Source: Deltaproteobacteria bacterium
GTDB taxonomy: Bacteria > Myxococcota > SpSt-1050 > JACRCP01
Assembly: GCA_016218965.1 (NCBI GenBank)
Contig: JACRCP010000392.1
Coordinates: 1 to 60,249, forward strand
DNA: 60,249 nucleotides
Direction: 5' to 3'
In this document: one piece after another, positions 55,667 to 60,249 of the stretch
Layout of the letters: the number at the start of each line of letters is the position of its first letter
Numbering within the stretch: position 1 is the first letter of the stretch
The notes under the pieces: model-generated
What the model saw: the letters and a program-made list of their open reading frames with translations, nothing else
What the model was told of the DNA's origin: nothing
Database searches by the model: none
Made by a program: the position numbers and the translations under genes

Positions 55667-56149
55667 ATGATCGAGGTCAACGTGCTCGGGCTCATGGTCG
55701 ACCCGTCGAACAACTCGCCGGTGGTCGTGCTCAAGGAGGTCAACGGGGAGAAGATTCTCCCCATATGGATAGGCCCGGTCGAGGCGTTCGCAATTCAGAA
55801 CGGTCTCGAGCACAGCACGCCCCCGCGTCCGATGACCCACGACCTGCTCCACAACGTGATCGGCAGGATGGGCGGCGCAGTCCAGAAAATCGAGGTCAAC
55901 GACCTGAAGGACAACACGTTCTACGCGCTCATTCACGTGGACCGGGACGGCGAAAAGATCGTCATAGACTCCCGGCCGTCGGATGCGATCGCCTTGTCGG
56001 TGCGCTGCAGCGCGAGGATCTTCGTCGACGAGTCGGTGTTCGAGAAGCTCACCAAACCCGAGGGCAAGGAGGGGGAGGAGGGCGGCGACAAGTGGGAGAA
56101 GCTCCTTGCCAATCTCAGCCCCGAAGCCTTCGGGAAGTACAAAATGTGA
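55667..56149 (+). CDS. Bifunctional nuclease family protein (DUF151)
   Basis: LPIWIG..EA, PRPMTHDL and IDSRPSDAIAL. Confidence 0.93.
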   Translation: MIEVNVLGLMVDPSNNSPVVVLKEVNGEKILPIWIGPVEAFAIQNGLEHSTPPRPMTHDLLHNVIGRMGGAVQKIEVNDLKDNTFYALIHVDRDGEKIVIDSRPSDAIALSVRCSARIFVDESVFEKLTKPEGKEGEEGGDKWEKLLANLSPEAFGKYKM

Positions 56150-56583
56150 TGGCATTTGCGGCAGATCCCGGGGAAGGCGGTTTGCGCGTCTTCGCGAAGC
56201 TGGCGGCGGTTCACTGGTTTCCGCTGTTTGCGTACCTTGGGGCGATACACTACCTCTCGAGCATGTCCCAGCCTCCTCCGCTGCTCCAGTTCAGATGGGA
56301 CAAGGCCGGGCATTTCGTCGAGTTCCTGCTGCTTGCCGTGCTCTCGTCGCGGGCGCTCCACCGCACCTTCCCGGCTCTGGCGCTCTCGTGGGTCGTCGTC
56401 CTTTCCGGGGTCTTCGGGTTCCTCTACGGCACGGTTGACGAGTACCGCCAGAGCTTCGTCCCGGGACGGATGGCCGATTTCCTCGACGCCGTCGCCGACG
56501 CCGTCGGGGCGTTTGCGGGGGCGGGCGCGTACGTGGCGTTGATTTCGCGGTGGCGGGGAAGAGTTGAGGGGTTGAGAGGTTGA
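56149..56583 (+). CDS. VanZ family membrane protein
   Basis: TGATG overlap; DKAGHFVEF, DEYRQSFVPGR and D.VAD motifs. Confidence 0.88.
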   Translation: MAFAADPGEGGLRVFAKLAAVHWFPLFAYLGAIHYLSSMSQPPPLLQFRWDKAGHFVEFLLLAVLSSRALHRTFPALALSWVVVLSGVFGFLYGTVDEYRQSFVPGRMADFLDAVADAVGAFAGAGAYVALISRWRGRVEGLRG

Positions 56584-56611
56584 GGAGTTGAGGAGTTGGG
56601 GAGTTCAGGGG
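56561..56611. repeat. 9-bp tandem repeat (GAGTTGAGG-type)
   Basis: About 5-6 imperfect units spanning the vanZ stop codon; TTGACA-17-TAGCGT follows at 56614-56642. Confidence 0.7.
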
Positions 56612-56675
56612 TTTTGACAGGTCCCCGGCATTGGTATAGCGTAGGGGCCGCTCTAACCCGTACCGCGGGGGTGTC

Positions 56676-57149
56676 ATGGAGAAGGCCGAGGTCATCAAGA
56701 CGTGCAAGCTCTTCGCGGGGCTCCCCGACGATGCGGTTTCGTACGTCGCCGATCTGTGCGATGAGCGCGAGTTTCCCGCCGGAGGGGACGTGTTCGTCCA
56801 GGGCGGCGCGGGTTCGTCGCTTTTTGTCATCGGGTCGGGGATGGTCCGCGTAGTGGTGCGGCGCGCCGACGGCCGCGAGTCGGTTCTCGGCAGCCTTGTG
56901 GCGGGCGAGTACTTCGGCGGGATGTCGATTTTGCGGGGGGGGGCGCGGATGGTGACGGCCCGCGCCGATTCAAACACCGAGCTTCTGGAGCTGTCGCAGC
57001 AGAAGTTCCTGGACAACATGCACAAGGAGCGGCCGCAGCAGGCAATGAAGCTTCTGCTCGCGCTCGTCATGGATCTGACCAAGCTCATCAGGGAAAACGA
57101 GGCCTTTTTCCGCGAGGCGCTCGCGGCGCGGGCCGCTGTGGAGAAATGA
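56676..57149 (+). CDS. Stand-alone cyclic-nucleotide-binding domain protein
   Basis: LFAGL, VFVQG, LFVIGSGMV and GEYFGGMS...R..TARA; no HTH. Confidence 0.88.
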   Translation: MEKAEVIKTCKLFAGLPDDAVSYVADLCDEREFPAGGDVFVQGGAGSSLFVIGSGMVRVVVRRADGRESVLGSLVAGEYFGGMSILRGGARMVTARADSNTELLELSQQKFLDNMHKERPQQAMKLLLALVMDLTKLIRENEAFFREALAARAAVEK

Positions 57150-57153
57150 GCTA

Positions 57154-58272
57154 ATGCCGCACAAGGACAGATGGCAGGTGTGTTTCCTGACGGGGTACCC
57201 GACATTCCTTGCCAAGAACCTGGTCGAGGGGATCCTGGCGTGGTACCCGCAGGCGATCGTCGCGCTGCTCGTCCAGTCGAAATATCACAAGGACGCCAAG
57301 GCCTTCGTCAGGAAGATCGGTGCGGGGCGGCGGGCGCGCGTGGTCACCGGCGACGTCCTCAACATGCACCTGGGGCTATCCAGCGACGAGTACTCGATCC
57401 TCACCAACAACGTGACGCACATCTTCCACGCGGCGTCGGCGTCGTTCGCCGGGACCCCGGAGAAGACCGCGTACAACATCAACGTCATCGGGACGCGGAA
57501 CATGCTCGACCTCGCGTCGGATGCGCGGAACCTCGGCCGGTTCAACCACTTTTCGTCGGCGTTCGTGTCCGGCGGCCGCACGGGCGTCGTCACCGAAGAC
57601 GAGCTTGACCGGGGCCAGCGTTTCACGGACCATATTCAGCGGACCAAGTTCCTGGCCGAAAAAGAAGTCCGCGCGGCGGCGGACCGCGTGCCGGCCAGCG
57701 TATTCCGTCCCTCCATGGTGGTGGGCAACTCGATTACCGGCGAGGTGGACCGGCTCGAGGGTTTCTATTCGTTCGTCAAGCTCATCTTGACGCCGGGTTT
57801 CAACCTGCCCCTGCCGGTTCCGCGAAGGGGGGCGGCGCCGCTCAACGTGGTCCCCGTCGATTTCGTGACCGAGGCGGCGCTCCACATCGCCGACAGGGAC
57901 GACGCGGCCGGAAAGACGTTTCACCTCGTGGACCCGAACCCGCTCCCGGTGAGGAAGGTCCTCGAGATGATCGCAAAAAAGGCCGGGCGCCCGGGGCTTT
58001 CGATCGTACCGCTGCCGGGGCGCGTCACCGAGATCCTCTCGAAGGTCAAATGGGTGTCGCGGCTGTCCCCCGCGTACGTCAACGCCACGGACATCCTGGG
58101 GCGGTTCACAATCTACAACTGCTCCAACACGATTGCGGCGCTCAAGGACTCGGCGATCACGTGCCCGTCGTTTGACGGTTACGCCGACAGGATGTTGGAC
58201 TTTGTGAAGGGAAGCCTGTCGCGGCAGAAGGAGGCCGAGGCCGAGAAGGCGCTCAAGGATCCGCTGGCGTGA
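57154..58272 (+). CDS. Extended SDR / NAD_binding_4 family protein, probably atypical
   Basis: TGYPTFLA, GD, HAA, NVIGTRN, SSAFVSG, RPSMVVG and VPVDFV; YxxxK appears as IQRTK. Confidence 0.85.
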   Translation: MPHKDRWQVCFLTGYPTFLAKNLVEGILAWYPQAIVALLVQSKYHKDAKAFVRKIGAGRRARVVTGDVLNMHLGLSSDEYSILTNNVTHIFHAASASFAGTPEKTAYNINVIGTRNMLDLASDARNLGRFNHFSSAFVSGGRTGVVTEDELDRGQRFTDHIQRTKFLAEKEVRAAADRVPASVFRPSMVVGNSITGEVDRLEGFYSFVKLILTPGFNLPLPVPRRGAAPLNVVPVDFVTEAALHIADRDDAAGKTFHLVDPNPLPVRKVLEMIAKKAGRPGLSIVPLPGRVTEILSKVKWVSRLSPAYVNATDILGRFTIYNCSNTIAALKDSAITCPSFDGYADRMLDFVKGSLSRQKEAEAEKALKDPLA

Positions 58273-58418
58273 CGGAACATGGACGGTGAGGGCGTGTTGG
58301 TGCTTTCGGCCCCCGGCGGGCTTGCCCGCCGGAGCCGCAGACCTGTGGGAGAAAACGGCGACAAGCGGTCATTTACCGGCAGACAACGTATGGCGCAAAG
58401 CAAAGTGAAAGGGAACAA

Positions 58419-59147
58419 ATGAACACACGGACGCTGGCGTCGATCATCGTTCTGGGATTCGTCATCCTCGGGGTCGCGGGGTGCGCGATATGTCACGGGC
58501 AGAAGGGGGCGGGACAGGAGGTCGATTTGGCAAAAGTCCCACAAGTCGAGACGCCCGCGCCGCCGGCGCCGGCCGGGAAACCCGCCGAGGCCGCACCGGC
58601 CGGGAAACCCACAGACGCCGCGCCCGCCGCGCCGGCCGAGAAAACTCCAGATGCGAAACCGGCCGAGGCGGGCGCCGGGCAGCCGCCGGCGAAAGCCGCC
58701 GAGGCGTTCCCCGGCTACAAGCCCAAGGACACGCCCGACACCGTTCTGGATTATCGTCCGCGTTTGCGCGAGAAGGTCGATTCGCTGCCGGCCGCGCACA
58801 TTCCGTCGCTGCCGGTGCTTCTCAAGCTGCTCGAGAAGACGAAGAAGGACGCCGACAAGAACCCCGGACAGTGGACCGAGGGGCGGGTCATGCTGGGCGC
58901 AAACGCCAAGGAGTACGTCCCGTCGGACGACGAACTCCTCGCCGCCGAGATCGGCGACCGGATCGAGAAGGTCATCAAACACCCGGGCTGGACGAGCCAG
59001 GTCCGCGTCGTGCTCAACATGGCGGCGGTCAAGGTCGGGGCCGTGACGTTCAAGAGGTTCGGCTTCCGGCACTCCGACGTGATGGGCTCGGGCAGGTTCT
59101 TCTACGCCACCGGCCCGGACGAAGTCACGGTGGAATTGCCGCGGTAG
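58419..59147 (+). CDS. Hypothetical exported/lipoprotein with a Pro-Ala linker
   Basis: Hydrophobic N-terminus with VAGC; PAGKP repeats; codon usage like neighbouring genes. Confidence 0.7.
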   Translation: MNTRTLASIIVLGFVILGVAGCAICHGQKGAGQEVDLAKVPQVETPAPPAPAGKPAEAAPAGKPTDAAPAAPAEKTPDAKPAEAGAGQPPAKAAEAFPGYKPKDTPDTVLDYRPRLREKVDSLPAAHIPSLPVLLKLLEKTKKDADKNPGQWTEGRVMLGANAKEYVPSDDELLAAEIGDRIEKVIKHPGWTSQVRVVLNMAAVKVGAVTFKRFGFRHSDVMGSGRFFYATGPDEVTVELPR

Positions 59148-59149
59148 GG

Positions 59150-59226
59150 CCACCCGCGCGGCTATGCCCCGCCTCCCGCCCGTCGTTCCCGGCCCTGCCG
59201 GCCCTGCGTACCTGGCACGCCTGCCC
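59150..59226. repeat. 77-bp direct repeat, copy 1
   Basis: Identical to 59875-59952 except for one C indel. Confidence 0.95.
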
Positions 59227-59296
59227 ACCCCAGCCGTGACGGGGAGATCCACGAATGATGCTGACGAACCGGCGGCGAGCCACCGGGCCAAAACCG

Positions 59297-59677
59297 TTAC
59301 TCTCCTGCCCACCGCCGCGCGATCGTCCCGAACCCGATGACCGCCGGCCCCTCGCGAAGCGTGAACGTGGCTCCAGGCACGGCCGCGGAGTATTCAAACC
59401 CGGGCTGCCAGTACACAAGCGCCATGGTCACGGTGGTGGGGACCCCCGGCTCGACGTGCTCGGGACCGTCCGTGAAGGCGACGCCCAGGTATTCCTCGGT
59501 GCAAAGATTGGTTTCCGTGACGATCGCTTTCCTTTGTCCCGGGTCGCCGATGACGATGTGCGGCCAGGACTGGCCGGTCCGGAGCATCCCGTCGTACCAA
59601 TTGCGCCCGCCCTCCGATTTCGGCAGGAATGTGACGGTCGCCTCGATCATCTGTTTTCTCGGCGGAACGAGCACCAT
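59297..59677 (-). CDS. Small protein resembling EF-Tu domain III (stand-alone)
   Basis: AGGAGG SD; FLPKSEGGR and FTLREGPAVIGFGTI echo EF-Tu L.K.EGGR and FAIREGG.TVG.G; TTGACC-17-TACCCT upstream. Confidence 0.7.
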   Translation of the reverse strand: MVLVPPRKQMIEATVTFLPKSEGGRNWYDGMLRTGQSWPHIVIGDPGQRKAIVTETNLCTEEYLGVAFTDGPEHVEPGVPTTVTMALVYWQPGFEYSAAVPGATFTLREGPAVIGFGTIARRWAGE

Positions 59678-59874
59678 GGCCTCCTGGTTGCGTCCGGACC
59701 CGAGCCGAAGGGTAGGCGATCCGCGTCGCGGGGTCAACGATCGGGAAATCTCATTCGGTCGGGCGGTTGGTCGCGCCTCAAGTCCCAGAGGCGCGCCGAG
59801 CGGGCGTCGAGTCGCCTTCGGGCGTCGCAGGCGTGCCAGGTTCGAAATCCGCCCCGAAATCCGCCCCCGATCCC

Positions 59875-59952
59875 CCACCCGCGCGGCTATGCCCCGCCTC
59901 CCGCCCGTCGTTCCCGGCCCTGCCCGGCCCTGCGTACCTGGCACGCCTGCCC
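59875..59952. repeat. 78-bp direct repeat, copy 2, with a 15-bp inverted partner at 59827-59841
   Basis: GCAGGCGTGCCAGGT is the reverse complement of ACCTGGCACGCCTGC (59936-59950). Confidence 0.95.
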
Positions 59953-60006
59953 GCTAAGAAGCTTGGGATGAGCGGGGCTGACGTGGCGCGGCGGCTAGCG
60001 TGAGTT
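59953..60006 (+). pseudogene. Possible C-terminal HTH remnant of a RAYT/IS200-like transposase
   Basis: AKKLGMSGADVARRL followed by an off-frame GTGAGT (VS); resembles an LG.S..VARRLGVS HTH tail. Very short. Confidence 0.3.
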
Positions 60007-60249
60007 TACCGTGCTAGCCTGCCGTTGAGGTGGTTCGACCTACCGTCAAGTGACGTTTCCTCTGTGGTTTGCGGCGCTTAGGCCGGTGAGCAGCCTGTTC
60101 AGAAGTGTCTACAACAACATATATGCCGAGTGTCTATGTGAGGGTAGCCATTGCTTTGGCCTGCCAGCCGCTTACTCGTCGGTGTTCAGCTCCAAGCATC
60201 CCTGCAGGGTCATCCCAGCCAGGGTCGCAAAAAAAGACTTGCATGCCGA

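Noticed and set aside
59297-59677. tuf pseudogene fragment
   Set aside because: Too divergent from EF-Tu, has its own SD and start, and no domain I/II remnants upstream.
59800-59870. GGTTCGAAATCC resembling a tRNA T-loop
   Set aside because: Extra base, no matching T-stem or cloverleaf; part of a GAAATCCGCCCC tandem.
1-60249. Selenocysteine or pyrrolysine read-through, rRNA, tRNA, intact transposase or prophage genes
   Set aside because: No gene showed homology continuing past a stop codon, and no such genes were recognised by eye.

Overview
High-GC bacterial DNA, most consistent with a Myxococcota/Deltaproteobacteria-type organism (inferred from many lipoproteins with acidic Asp-Ala-Gly linkers, Cys-rich repeat proteins and a multiheme cytochrome). 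About 52 genes are supported. Housekeeping and cell-wall genes include mtgA, alr, murA, aspS, glpA/glpB, a transpeptidase and miaB. Accessory content includes: (1) a beta-barrel-like protein coupled to a 12-heme cytochrome c; (2) a ~12.7 kb tightly coupled minus-strand acyl-CoA catabolic cluster (2 acyl-CoA dehydrogenases, a Cys-less Ltp3/Ltp4-like thiolase pair, 2 DUF35 proteins, 3 crotonases, BKACE, amidohydrolase, thioesterase, TetR, Zn-ADH) with a visible promoter/operator; (3) a signalling cluster carrying larB/larC and a split pseudo-receiver/HisKA plus GAF-PAS pair; (4) a dinJ-yafQ module with a frameshifted toxin; (5) a stand-alone C39 peptidase; (6) a stand-alone EF-Tu-domain-III-like gene between 77/78-bp direct repeats. 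At least six families of short palindromic or tandem repeats sit at gene boundaries. Some lie in frame inside genes (alr, glpB) or appear to supply start codons (alr, an Rsm22-like methyltransferase). An unannotated 24-aa ORF has a perfect Shine-Dalgarno and its own terminator. No rRNA, tRNA or CRISPR array was seen. All family assignments come from motif recognition, not database searches; several start codons were re-picked by eye.
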